Below the pieces are notes generated by a model, which was given only the letters and a program-made list of their open reading frames with translations, was not told where the DNA came from and made no database searches. Source: Nannocystis pusilla (GTDB lineage Bacteria > Myxococcota_A > Polyangia > Nannocystales > Nannocystaceae). From it: DNA of 64,000 nt. Positions 24,279-35,645 of this stretch are shown in pieces (the stretch's first letter is position 1; each line of letters starts with the position of its first letter). The translations under genes were made by a program, and so were the position numbers. The DNA lies in assembly GCF_049060185.1 (NCBI RefSeq), contig NZ_JBMEQO010000002.1; one strand, 5' to 3'.

Positions 24279-24305
24279 TGCCGAACGCCGTACGCCGCGG
24301 CGTTC
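24279..24305 (+). terminator. stem-loop CCGAACGCCG-N7-CGGCGTTCGG after the FReD lipoprotein gene
   Basis: Perfect 10-bp GC-rich stem 14 nt after the stop; no U-tract (usual in high-GC genomes). Confidence 0.45.
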
Positions 24306-25118
24306 GGCCGCTCCCTCAATGGCCCTCGTGCCGGGCCCACGCCTGATCGCATCGACGACGCATTCACCGCCGGCCGCGCCGCCCATTGCGAATGGGGCCT
24401 CGCGGTCGAGGTCGGCGCTCCTCGCCGATTTCAACGATACCTGTCGCCCTCGCCCTCCGGGTCGGTCCGCCCGCACTCGCGGCGCCGCAGCCGACCGGCG
24501 ACCACGCGCCCGGCCCGCGAGCCTATCGGCGGGGCGCCCGTCGCGTCCGCCTCGCGAATGCGCACCCGGCCCTCCGGCCGAGTCGCGGCGCCGCGCCCGG
24601 CTCGCCCTCGCCCGCGTCTCGTCGGACCTGGCCGCGACCTTAATAAAGGAGAGCGAGACCGCCGCGGGAACAGCGTACTGACCGCCCACGCGCCCTGGCG
24701 CGGCATTGCGCGTCGCCGTCGCATCGCACGCGCGGTGCATCGCCGCGCGAACACAATGGCCATTGCCTGCCCGCGGGCCGCGTGCGGCCCGCGCGGCGCG
24801 GGAATCGGCACACACCGCCGTCACGCCTTTCCGAACCCTCCGCGTCGTCGCCAACCATGTGCATTTCGCCTGCGCTGCGAATCAGCCGCAGATCGGAATC
24901 GCCACTTCCCGCGCTCGTCGGGCCCGCCGCACACCCCGGGTTGCATCGCAGCACCGGGTCGCGAATAGAACACGCATCATTTCCCGCATGGCAGTGCGGG
25001 ACTCGCTCTGAATCGCGCGACCCGGCGCAGCGCGGTTTCCTGGCCCTCTGCGCGCTGGGTCGCGCATTCTTCAGTCACGAATGCATCGTTTAATTAATCT
25101 TCGTTCCCCGAATTTGTC

Positions 25119-25148
25119 TTGACGCCTCGCGATGACGGAGCGTAACCT
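25119..25148 (+). promoter_or_regulatory. putative promoter of the encapsulin operon (TTGACG-N18-TAACCT) with an AT-rich upstream element; ~100 nt leader; RBS AAGGA 5 nt before ATG
   Basis: Only AT-rich patch (TTTAATTAATCTTCG...TTGACG) in a 1 kb non-coding, GC-rich leader. Confidence 0.35.
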
Positions 25149-25251
25149 CGCGCCCGCGAGCTCGAACCGCGAAGGGGCCGAATTTCGCCGACACGGCCCC
25201 TGTCGGGCAGAATCGGAAACGGCAGCAGAGCTGTCGGTGAAAAGGATAGTC

Positions 25252-26649
25252 ATGTCGATCGCAGGAAAGCCGGGAAATGATCAGCAGACCAGCCTCTCGA
25301 CGGCTGCAGCGCGGCAGCTCGCCACGACGACGAAGTCCCCGCCGCAGATGCAGGGAATCTCGTCCCGCTGGCTGCTCAAATTGTTGCCCTGGGTGCACGT
25401 CAACGGCGTCTTCCGCCTCAATCGTCGCCTGAGCTACGCCGTCGGCGACGGCCGCGTCACCTTCTACAACACTGGCGCCAAGATCCAGGTCGTGCCGCTG
25501 GAGCTGACCGAGCTCCCGCTGTTCCGCGGCTACGAGGACCTCGAGGTGCTCAACGTCCTCGCCGGCCGCTTCGTGCAGAAGGAGTTCAAGGCGGGCGACA
25601 TCCTGACGCAGAAGGGCAACGAGGCCAACGAGATGGTCCTCATCGCCCACGGCAAGGTCAACAAGATCGGCACCGGCAAGTACGGCGACGAGAGCGTCCT
25701 CGAGACCCTGGCCGACGGTGACCATTACTCGTACCAGGCGATCCTCGAGTCCCAGGACTACTGGGACTTCACCGCCAAGGCAGTGACCGCCGGCAGCGTC
25801 CTGACGCTGTCGCAGGCGTCCTTCGAGGAGCTGGTCGCCCAGCACCCGTCGCTGCGCAAGCACGTCGACGAGTTCAAGGCGCGCTCGCAGAAGAAGCAGG
25901 ACAACAGCGGCCAGGCCGCGATCGAGGTGGCCTCCGGCCACTCGGGCGAGCCCGTGCTGCCCGGCACCTTCGTCGACTACGAGACCTCGCCGCGGGAGTT
26001 CGAGCTCAGCGTCGCCCAGACCGTCCTGCAGGTCCACACGCGCGTCGCCGACCTGTTCAACGACCCGATGAATCAGACGCAGGAGCAGCTGCGCCTGACC
26101 GTCGAGGCGCTGAAGGAGCGCCAGGAGCACGAGCTCATCAACAACCACGAGTTCGGCCTGCTGCACAACGCCGACCTCAAGCAGCGGATCCACACCCGCA
26201 GCGGCCCGCCGACGCCGGACGACATGGACAACCTGCTGGCGCTGGTGTGGAAGGAGCCGGCCTTCTTCCTCGCCCACCCGCGGACCATCGCGGCGTTCGG
26301 CCACGAGTGCAACCGCGCGGGCATCTACCCGACGCCGATCGACCTGGGCGGCCATCACGTCCCGTCGTGGCGCGGCGTGCCGATCTTCCCGTGCAACAAG
26401 ATCCCGATCTCCGACACGCGCACCACCTCGATCCTGCTGATGCGCGTCGGCGAGAAGAACCAGGGCGTCATCGGCCTGCACCACAAGGGCATCCCCGACG
26501 AGATCGAGCCGAGCCTGTCGGTGCGCTTCATGGGCATCAACGAGAAGGCGGTCATCTCGTACCTGGTCAGCCTCTACTACTCGGCCGCCGTCCAGATCCC
26601 GGACGCGCTCGGCATCCTCGAGAGCGTCGAGATCGGCCGCGCCGACTGA
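25252..26649 (+). CDS. Family 2B encapsulin shell protein (HK97-fold with inserted cNMP-binding domain), paralogue 1
   Basis: N-terminal disordered segment, CAP-like cNMP-binding domain ([53 protein letters not shown]...), and a C-terminal shell fold. About 465 aa, intact. Proteins of this kind were historically annotated as Crp/Fnr 'cnb' in 2-MIB operons. Confidence 0.75.
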   Translation: MSIAGKPGNDQQTSLSTAAARQLATTTKSPPQMQGISSRWLLKLLPWVHVNGVFRLNRRLSYAVGDGRVTFYNTGAKIQVVPLELTELPLFRGYEDLEVLNVLAGRFVQKEFKAGDILTQKGNEANEMVLIAHGKVNKIGTGKYGDESVLETLADGDHYSYQAILESQDYWDFTAKAVTAGSVLTLSQASFEELVAQHPSLRKHVDEFKARSQKKQDNSGQAAIEVASGHSGEPVLPGTFVDYETSPREFELSVAQTVLQVHTRVADLFNDPMNQTQEQLRLTVEALKERQEHELINNHEFGLLHNADLKQRIHTRSGPPTPDDMDNLLALVWKEPAFFLAHPRTIAAFGHECNRAGIYPTPIDLGGHHVPSWRGVPIFPCNKIPISDTRTTSILLMRVGEKNQGVIGLHHKGIPDEIEPSLSVRFMGINEKAVISYLVSLYYSAAVQIPDALGILESVEIGRAD

Positions 26650-26730
26650 CGCCCTCGTCGCACCCATCGGCGCTCCGGTCCTCGCGGCCCGGGGCGCCTC
26701 CGTCCGTGATGCCAGCCTGGAGACGTTGAC

Positions 26731-28133
26731 ATGTCGATTTTCGAGAAGTCCGGCCGTGATGGCGACGGACAGCAGCCGATGAGCCTCGGGACCCGGGCCG
26801 CGCGGCAGCTGGCGACGACCACCAAGACCCCGCCGCAGAACCAGGGGCGCACGCCTCGCTGGCTGCTCCGCTCGCTGCCCTGGGTCGACGTCACCGGTGG
26901 CACGTTCCGCGTCAATCGCCGCATGAACGTCGCGGTCGGGGACGGGCGGATCGAATTACCAACATCGGCGCCAAGGCTCAGGTGATCCCGGCCGAGCTCA
27001 CCGAGCTGCCGCTCCTGCGCGGATTCGCCGACGACGAGGTGCTCTCGCACCTCGCCAGCCGGTTCGTGCAGTCCGAGTTCAAGCCGGGCCAGCTCATCGC
27101 CGAGCGCGGCAAGCCGGCCGACCACGTGTACCTGCTGGTCCACGGCAAGGCCAACAAGCTCGGCCGGGGCCCCTACGGCGAGGAGGCCATGCTCGAGGTG
27201 ATCGCCGACGGCGCCCACTTCGGCGATCAGGCGCTCGTGCAGGACGACGACGCCTGGGACTACAGCGTTAAGGCGGTCACGCCGTGCATCGTCCTCGCGC
27301 TGCCGCAGACCGAGTTCGAGGCGCTGATCGGCCGCTCGGCCGCCCTGCGCGCCCACGTCGAGCGCTACAAGGAGCTGCTGAAGACCCCGCAGGACAAGCA
27401 CGGCCAGGCGGCCATCCGCTTGACCGCGGGCCACCACGGCGAGGTCACCTTGCCGGGCACCTTCGTCGATTACGAGGCCTCGCCGCGCGAGTACGAGTTG
27501 AGCCTCGCGCAGACCATCTTGCAGCTCCACTCGCGGGTGTCCGATCTGTTCAACGATCCGATGGACCAGCTCGAGGAGCAGCTGCGCCTGACGATCGACG
27601 CCCTGCGCGAGCGGCAGGAGCACGAGCTCGTCAACAACCGCGACTTCGGCCTGCTTCACAACGCCGACTACAAGCAGCGGATCAACACCCGCAGCGGCCC
27701 GCCGACGCCCGACGACATGGACGAGCTGCTGTGCCGGCGCCGCAAGACCAAGTTCATCCTGGCCCACCCGCGGACGATCGCCGCCTTCCGCCGCGAGTGC
27801 ACCCGCCGCCGGCTCGATCCGCCGAACGTCGAATACGAGGGGTCCATCGTCGCCGGCTGGCGCGGCGTGCCGATCCTCCCGTGCGACAAGATTCCGATCT
27901 CCGAGACGCAGACCAGCTCGATCCTCGCCATGCGCGTCGGCCAGGAGGCCCAGGGCGTCATCGGCCTGTATCGCAGCGGCCTCCCCGACGAGCGCGAACC
28001 CGGCCTGTCCGTCCGCAGGATGGGCACCAACGAGAAGGCGGTCGCTTCGTTCCTCGTCAGCACGTACTACTCCGCAGCGGTCCTGATCCCGGACGCGCTC
28101 GGGATCCTGGAAAACATCGAGATCGGGCGCTGA
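26731..28133 (+). CDS. Family 2B encapsulin shell protein, paralogue 2 (~60% identical to paralogue 1); single apparent 1-nt indel near 26960
   Basis: Same architecture ([53 protein letters not shown]...); GGAG RBS 5 nt upstream of ATG 26731. Confidence 0.7.
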
Positions 28134-28201
28134 GCGCCACCGCCGAGGCAGGCGCCACCTTGGGGCGCCTCGTCACAGTGCAACGAAAGAGAACAGACGA
28201 T

Positions 28202-28769
28202 CATGAACACGCCCACCACGGCCAATAGCCTCCTGCGCAGCGAATACCAGAAGTCGGTCGCCAATTACTAGAACACCAACCAGAACGACCCGGTCAATCT
28301 GCTGCTCGGCCACGTCGGCGGCTAATACCACCACCACTACGGGATCGGCGCCGTCAATTGGTCGGTGCTGGAGCAGCCCGAGGCCACGCGCGACGACGCC
28401 ATCATCCGCGAGCTGCACCGCCTCGAGCACGCGCAGGCGGAGCACCTGCTCAAGAAGCTCGGCCCGATCAAGCCCGAGAGCCGCCTTCTCGACGCCGGCT
28501 CCGGCCGCGGCGGCACCAGCCTCATGGCCCACGAGCGCTTCAAGTGCCAGGTCAAGGCCGATCGCGGCTGCTCGATCGACGAGGCGACCGAGGTCACCGT
28601 CCAGCTGCACAACGACCTCGTCCGCGACTTCGAGGCCAGCCACCGCGAGCTGCAGGCCGTCCCCAGCGTCGAGCTGCAGCGGTTCCTGCGCGCCCTGCGG
28701 GCGTGGATGGGCGGCGCGTTCGAGTGGCACGACAGCAACCCGCGCTACAAGACCGGCCGCAAGACGTAG
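28202..28769 (+). pseudogene. decayed remnant of geranyl diphosphate 2-C-methyltransferase (2-methylisoborneol pathway): two in-frame stops (TAG 28268, TAA 28322) and C-terminal truncation
   Basis: SEYQKSVANY*NTNQNDPVNLLLGHVGG*YHHHYGIGAV...IIRELHRLEHAQAEHLL...LLDAGSGRGGTSLMAHERF matches the GPPMT N-terminal half (YWNNEARPVNLRLGDVDGLYHHHYGIG...LESAQAEF...DAGCGRGGSMVMAHRRF). The ORF ends at ...WHDSNPRY, about 100 aa short of full length. Confidence 0.6.
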
Positions 28770-28945
28770 GGCCGCCGCGCGTGCGCTGAATCGCCGCGCC
28801 GCGCGAGTGAGGAACAAGGGCGCCGCGCCCGCGCGCGTGACCCCTCGGCCTTCACGCCGCGCGGCCCGTCGATCATGACATTCACGGCTGGGCTCGCTGG
28901 TGGCGCTGCTTGCATGTGCAGCCATCTCGGCCATCTTCAGGCGTG

Positions 28946-31900
28946 ACCGGCGATCCGCTCGGATTCCTCCACCCGGCCGCCCGCGCGTGGTTCGAGGCCT
29001 GCTTCGACGCGCCGACATCGGCGCAGGTCGCGGGCTGGCCGGCGATCGAGGCCGGCGAATCGACGCTGCTCCTGGCGCCCACGGGCTCGGGCAAGACTCT
29101 GGCGGCGTTCCTCGGCGCCATCAACCGCGTCATGTTCGCGCCGGTCCCGCCACCTGCGGAGCGCTGCCGCGTGGTCTACGTCTCGCCGATCAAGGCCCTC
29201 GGGGTCGACGTCGAGCAGAACCTGCGCTCGCCGCTGGCCGGCATCGCCGCCACCGCGGACCGGCTCGGCATGACCGTGCACACCCCGACGGTGGCGATCC
29301 GCAGCGGCGACACCCGCAAAGGCGCGGGCGCACATGCAGCGCCACCCGCCCGACATTCTCATCACCACGCCCGAATCGCTGTACATGCTGCTCACCAGCG
29401 AATCGCGGGCGATGCTGCGATCGGTCGACACCGTGATCGTCGACGAGATCCACAGCCTCGTCGCCAGCAAGCGCGGCAGCCACCTCGCCCTCTCGCTCGA
29501 GCGCCTCGAGTGGCTCCGCGCCGGCGCGCGACCGCTGCAGCGGATCGGCCTGTCCGCGACCCAGCGCCCGCTCACCGAGGTCGCGCGCTTCCTCGGCGGC
29601 TCGCTGGTCGACGGCGACGCGATCGCGCCGCGGCCGGTGACGATCGTCGACGCCGGCCAGGTCAAGCAGCTCGACCTGCGCATCGAGATGCCCGTCGAGG
29701 AGCCGACCGCGAGCATCGAGGACGTCCCGCCGGCCGCCAACGAGGGCCCACCGCGATCTCGGGCCTCCCGCGCTCCAACCTCACCGCCCTGCACCCGCGC
29801 CTCGTCGAGCTGATCCGCGCTCATCGCTCGACCATGCTGTTCGTCAATAGCCGCCGCCTCGCCGAGCGGCTCGCTGCGGCGCTCAACGAGGTCGCGGGCG
29901 AGCCGCTGGCGCTCGCGCACCACGGCTCGATGGCCAAGGACGTGCGCGCCGGGGTCGAGGAGCAGCTCAAGCGCGGCACCTTGCCGGCGATCGTCGCCAC
30001 CTCCTCGCTCGAGCTCGGCATCGACATGGGCGCGGTCGACCTCGTGATCCAGCTCGCCTCGCCGCCGTCGATCGCCGCCGGCATGCAGCGCGTCGGCCGG
30101 GCCAACCACCACGTCGGCGGGCGCTCGCGCGGCGTCATCATCCCCAAGTTCCGCGGCGACCTGCTGCCGTGCGCCGCCGCGGCGCGGGCCATGCTCGCCG
30201 GCGAGGTCGAGTCGTCGCGTTATCCTCGCAACCCGCTCGACATCCTCGCCCAGCAGGTCGTCGCCGCGGTGGCGATGGACGACTGGGCCGCCGAGGCGCT
30301 GTACGACAAGCTGCGCGCCGCCGCCCGTACGCCGAGCTGCCGCGCGACGCCTTCGAGGGCGTGCTCGACATGCTCAGCGGCCGCTACCCGAGCGAGGACT
30401 TCGCCGACCTGCGCCCGCGCGTCAACTACGACCGCGTCACCGGCCAGTTGTCGGCGCGCCACGGCGCGCGTCGGGTGGCGATCGGCAACGCCGGCAGCAT
30501 CCCCGACCGCGGCCTGTTCGGCGTCTTCCTCGCCGGCAGCGGCGAGGGCGGCCGCCGCGTCGGCGAGCTCGACGAGGAGATGGTGTTCGAGTCGCGGATC
30601 GGCGACGTGTTCGTGCTCGGCGCCTCGTCGTGGCGCATCGAAGAGATCACCCACGACCGCGTGCTCGTCTCGCCGGCCCCGGGCGAGCCCGGCAAGCTGC
30701 CGTTCTGGCGCGGCGACGGCCCCGGCCGCCCGCTCGAGTTCGGCCAGGCGATCGGCGCGCTGATCCGCGAGATCGGAGCGCTGTCCGACGCCGACGCCGA
30801 GGCCCGCCTCGTCCAGCAGCACTGCCTCGATCCGGCCGCCGCGCACAGCCTCCTGCAGTACGTGCGCGAGGAGCAGGAGGCCGCCAAGACCTTGCCCACC
30901 GATCGCACGATCGTCGTCGAGCGCTTCCGCGACGAGATCGGCGACTGGCGCGTCTGCATCCTCTCGCCGTTCGGCGCCGCAGTGCACGCCCCGTGGGCCA
31001 TGGCGGTGCGCAGCGCCCTGCTCGAGCGCTACGCCGCCGAGCTCGACGTCGTCTGGTCCGACGACGGCATCGTGTTCCGCCTGCCCGAGGCCGAGCGCGC
31101 GCCCGACCCGACGCAATTCTTCCCGCGCGCCGACGAGCTCGAGGATCGCGTGGTCGCGCGCCTCGCCGAGACCTCGCTGTTCGCCACCCGCTTCCGCGAG
31201 AACGCCGGGCGGGCGCTGCTGCTGGTCAAGCGCCGGCCCGGCCAGCGCACCCCGCTGTGGGCCATGCGGCGCAAGTCGGCCGACCTGCTGGCGGCCGCCT
31301 CGCGCTTCCGCGACTTCCCGGTCGTGCTCGAGACCTACCGCGAGTGCCTGAAGGACGTGTTCGACCTGCCCGGCTGCGTCGACCTGCTGCGCCGCGTCGA
31401 GCAGCGCGCGATCAAGGTCGTCGACGTCGAGACGCGCAGCCCGAGCCCGTTCGCCGCGGCCCTGCTGTTCTCCTACGTCGGCAACTTCATGTACGAGGGC
31501 GACGCCCCGCTGGCCGAGCGGCGCGCCCAGGCCCTGACGATCGACCACGCCCGCCTCAAGGCGCTGCTCGGCGAGGCCGCCCTGCGCGACCTGCTCGACG
31601 CCGACGCGATCGCCGAGCTCGAGGCGACCCTGCAGCGGCGCGCTCGCAAGCTCCACCACCCCGACGAGATCCACGACCTGCTGCTCGCGCTCGGCGATCA
31701 GGACCGCGACGACCTCGTCGCCCGCGCCGGCGTCGGCGAGGACGACATCGATCGCTGGCTGGCCGAGCTCACCCACACCCGCCGGATCGTCAAGGTCAAG
31801 CTCGGCGGTCGCTGGCGCTACATCGCCGCCGAGGACGCCGGCCGCTACCGCGACGCCCTCGGCGTCGTCTCGCCGCCGGGCCTGCCGGCGGTGTTCCTCG

Positions 31901-33410
31901 AGTCCGTGGAAGATCCGCTGGCCGACCTCGTCGCCCGCCACACGCGCACGCACGGCCCGTTCCGCGCCGAGTGGCTGGCCCAGCGCTTCGCCGTCGGCAC
32001 CGCGCTCGTCATCGGCGCCCTGCGTCGGCTCGCCGCCCGCGGCAAGGTCGTCGAGGGCGAGTTCATCCCCGCGGCGCCGGCCTCGAGTGGTGCGACGACG
32101 AGGTCCTGCGCCGGCTCAAGCGCATGTCGCTGGCGCGCCTGCGCGAGGAGGTCGAGCCGGTCGAGCAGGCGGTGCTCGGCCGCTTCTCGCTCGCGTGGCA
32201 GGGCATCGGCGGCGAGCGCGAGGGCCCCGAGGCGGTGCTGCAGGCGATCGAGCAATTGCGCGAGTCGCGATCCCGGCCTCGGTGCTCGAGGGCGAGGTCC
32301 TGCCGGCGCGGGTCGCCAACTATCGCGCCACAGATCTCGACGTCCTGTGCGGCGCCGGCGACGTCGTCTGGCGCGGTGTCCGGCCGCTCGGCCAGGCCGA
32401 CGGCTACGTCGCGCTCTACCTCGCCGACGACGCCGCCTGGCTCACCCCCGACCCCACCCCGGCCGCGGGCGAGCTCGCGGCGCGGGTGCGCGAGGCCTTG
32501 CAGGCCCGCGGCGCCTCGTTCTTCGCCGAGCTCGTCACCCAGGTGCGCGCCCCGGTCGACGAGCTGCTCGAGGCCCTGTGGGACCTCGTGTGGGCCGGCG
32601 AGGTCACCAACGACACCCTCACCTGCCTGCGCAGTCGCCTCGCCGGCGCCGATCGGGGCCCGCGTCCGCAGCTGCGCTTCGGCGTCGACGGCCGCGGCCG
32701 GCGCAGCGGCCCCGGGCAGCGAAGGTCGCTGGTCGCTCGTCACCCCGCGCCCCGTCGACGAGACCGAGCGCCGGGCCGCCCGCGCCCGTCAGTTGCTCGC
32801 GCGCCACGGCGTGCTCACCCGCGAGGCAGTCGCCGCCGAGGATCACGAGGGCGGCTTCGCGGCCGTCTATCCTGTCCTCAAGGCCATGGAGGAGGCCGGC
32901 CGGGTGCGCCGCGGCTACTTCGTCGCCGGCCTCGGCGCGACCCAGTTCGCCCTGCCCGGCGCCGAGGATCGCCTGCGCGACGTCCGGGACATCGACGAGG
33001 ACGCGCCCTTCACCGTCCTGCTCGCCGCCACCGATCCCGCCAACCCCTACGGCGCCGCGCTCCCGTGGCCGGATGTCCCCGAGGCCAGGTTCGAACGGGC
33101 CGCCGGCGCGCGCGTGGTCCTGCGCGACGGCCGGCTCATCGCCTTCCTGAGCCGCGGCGCCCGCACCCTCGTCACCAACCTCCCCGACGCCGAGCCGGAG
33201 CGCGGGCGCGCCACCGCGGCGCTCGCCGAGGCCCTGTCGCTGCTGCCCGAGGTCACCGGCCAGCGCTACGTCCTGCTCGAGCAGATCGACAATCAACCGG
33301 CCCCCGCCTGGCCGCAGGTCGCAGCATTGACCGCCGCCGGCTTCCGCCCCACCCACGACGGCCTGATCCTGCGCCGCGACGAGCCGCGCCTCGGCGCGAG
33401 GAGGCGCTGA
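28946..33410 (+). CDS. lhr: Lhr-family ATP-dependent DNA helicase (large helicase-related, ~1490 aa); about 6 apparent frameshifts
   Basis: N-term ...[44 protein letters not shown], motif [18 protein letters not shown], helicase C domain, long Lhr C-terminal extension; pieces alternate among three frames. Confidence 0.8.
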
Positions 33411-33413
33411 TCC

Positions 33414-34253
33414 ATGCCCGAGGGCGATACCCTCCACAAAGTCGCCGCCCGCCTGCAGGTGATGGTCGGCCAGACCGTCACCCGGTTCGAATCGGTGATC
33501 CCCGAGCTCGCCCTCGTCGGCCGCACGATCACCACAGTCGAGGCCCGCGGCAAGAATCTCCTGATCTGGTTCGACGGCACCCACGCGCTCTACACCCATT
33601 TGCGCATGGAGGGCAGCTGGCACCTCTATCAGCCGAACAGCCCGTGGCGTAAACCCGCCACCGCCGCGCGCGCGGTGATCGCCACCGAATCGTGGCTCGC
33701 GGTCTGCTTCAACGCCCCGACCGTCGAGTGGCTCAGCGCCTGGGAGCTCGAGCACCACCCGGTCCTCTCCGCCCTCGGCCCCGACCTGCTCGGCCCCGAC
33801 GCATCGGACCAGCCCATCGCCGAGGCCCTGCAGCGCCTGCGCGCCGACCCGCGGCGCCCGCTCGGCGAGGCCATCCTCGATCAGCGCATCGTCGCCGGCC
33901 TCGGCAACGTCTACAAGAGCGAGCTGCTCTTCATGGAGCGGCTCGACCCGTTCAAGCCCGTCGGCGACTACGACGATCCGACGCTCCTGCGCTTGCTCGA
34001 GGCCGGCCGCAAGTGGCTGCGGCGCAACCTCGTCGGCGCCGGCCCGCGCAAGACCCGGTGGGACGTCGGCCGCGCCAACACCTGGGTCTACAACCGCTCG
34101 GGCGAGCTGTGCCCGCGCTGCAACACCCCGATCGCCATGCGCCGCCAGGGCACCCTCGGCCGCACCACCTATTATTGCCCCCGCTGCCAGCAAGCGGGCG
34201 CCAGCGCCGAGCCCCCGCGCGGCCGCGTCCTCGTGCGCGGCCCGGCCCGGTGA
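33414..34253 (+). CDS. nei: Fpg/Nei-family DNA glycosylase (endonuclease VIII-like), directly downstream of lhr
   Basis: N-terminal MPEGDTLHK (catalytic Pro2/Glu3), H2TH region, C-terminal zinc finger CPRCNTP...CPRCQ; intact. Confidence 0.85.
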   Translation: MPEGDTLHKVAARLQVMVGQTVTRFESVIPELALVGRTITTVEARGKNLLIWFDGTHALYTHLRMEGSWHLYQPNSPWRKPATAARAVIATESWLAVCFNAPTVEWLSAWELEHHPVLSALGPDLLGPDASDQPIAEALQRLRADPRRPLGEAILDQRIVAGLGNVYKSELLFMERLDPFKPVGDYDDPTLLRLLEAGRKWLRRNLVGAGPRKTRWDVGRANTWVYNRSGELCPRCNTPIAMRRQGTLGRTTYYCPRCQQAGASAEPPRGRVLVRGPAR

Positions 34254-34257
34254 GGCC

Positions 34258-35583
34258 TCAATCGCGAATCAGCGCCCGCCAGCGCCCGCGGTCATCCACG
34301 TATGCGACGATCTCCTCGATCGCAATCGGCACCCCGCGCAGCAGCCAATCTTCATTCCACTCCGGGTTCATCAGGTCGAACGGTCCCACCGCCGGACTCA
34401 ACCTCACCGTCTCGTCCCCCACTTCGAGGATCGTTCCCTCGTAGCTCGTCCGATCGTCGAGCCGGAGCGCCACCCGCTCGCCCGATGCCTCCACCTGTGC
34501 CAGCCACGCGCGCCGACGTGTCGTCGCCGGCAGCACCTGCGGCAGCACGCGCACGCGCAGCTCCTCGATGAACTCCCGCGGCCGGGTGAACGCCGCGAAG
34601 TGCCCCGCGTCGCGGATGGCCGCGAACTCCTTGTGCGGCGCCTCCACCTCGGCGAAGAACTGCTGCGCCGGCTCGCTCTGCGTGAACACGTCGTCGTCGC
34701 CCTGGAACAGGAAGAACGGCAGCTCGAAGCGCGTCCCCTCGCGCCGCACGTCGTAGCGGATGAACTCGGCGTACACCTGCGCCGCCGAGAATGTCATCCC
34801 GCGCTGCAGGTCGAACACGTCGCGCAGCGTGTAGCCCGGCGCGGTCAGGATCGACGGCATCAGCAGCGTCCGCCCGACCTCGCGCATGCGCGGGTCCGTC
34901 TTCAAGATCCATCGCTGCTTGCGCTGCCACGCCTGCAGGTCCCAGCGCCACGGCTCGGCCCCGATCGCCTCCAGCTCCGCCACCCCGCGACGGTTCCCCG
35001 CCTCGCGCAGGCGCGCCAGAGTCAGCGCGTACGACCGCACCTCGTTGTCTCGCCCGACCCCGAAGTCCGTCGCCACGTAGGCCGCGAACAGGTCGGGCCG
35101 GCGCCGGCCAGCGGCGCCCCGATCATGTTGCCCATCGAACCCGCCAACAGCACCAGCGGCGCCTGAAGCGCGCGCGCACGTGCTCCGCCACCCGGGCCGC
35201 GTCGTCGATCAGCCGCGCGAAGCTCAGCGGAGCGCAACCTCCCGCCCCATTGCGCCCGAACGTCTTGCCGGCCCCCGGCTGGTCCCACTGCACGATCGTG
35301 AACTCGCGCTCCCACGCCCGCATCACCGGCGTGAACATCGAGAACGGCGCCCCCGGTCCGCCGTGCAGCACCAGCAGTGCCGGGTTCGTGCGGTCCTCGC
35401 CGCGGATCCCGATCCACTGATCGATCGCCCCGATCCGCACGAAGCCCTCCTCGACGATCCCCCGGGCCCCGCGATCGCCAGCCCCTCCGCCGCCCGCCGC
35501 TGCGCCTGTCGCCGCCAGCCCAGGCCCGCAGCCAGCCCCGCCGCGGTCACGCCGGCCGCGCCCGCCAAGATGCTCCCGATCAT
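34258..35583 (-). CDS. alpha/beta-hydrolase (proline iminopeptidase-like) with extra C-terminal domain; about 2 apparent frameshifts
   Basis: ALLVLHGGPGAPFSMFTPVMRAWEREFTIVQWDQPGAGKT; nucleophile region in a second frame; divergent from a TetR gene. Confidence 0.55.
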
Positions 35584-35599
35584 CTCGCCTCTCCTTCAT

Positions 35600-35637
35600 T
35601 GTGTATCACGTACACAATTCTGTGTATGCTATACACA
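35600..35637. promoter_or_regulatory. two inverted repeats TGTGTAT-N3/5-ATACACA (putative TetR operator) in the divergent intergenic region
   Basis: TGTGTATCACGTACACA (35600-35616) and perfect TGTGTATGCTATACACA (35621-35637), between the hydrolase and TetR starts; AT-richer than surroundings. Confidence 0.55.
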
Positions 35638-35645
35638 GTCCGCCC

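Noticed and set aside
25090-26667. 525-aa minus-strand ORF
   Set aside because: Antisense shadow of the encapsulin shell gene, with an Asp/Val/Leu/Ala-rich low-complexity translation.
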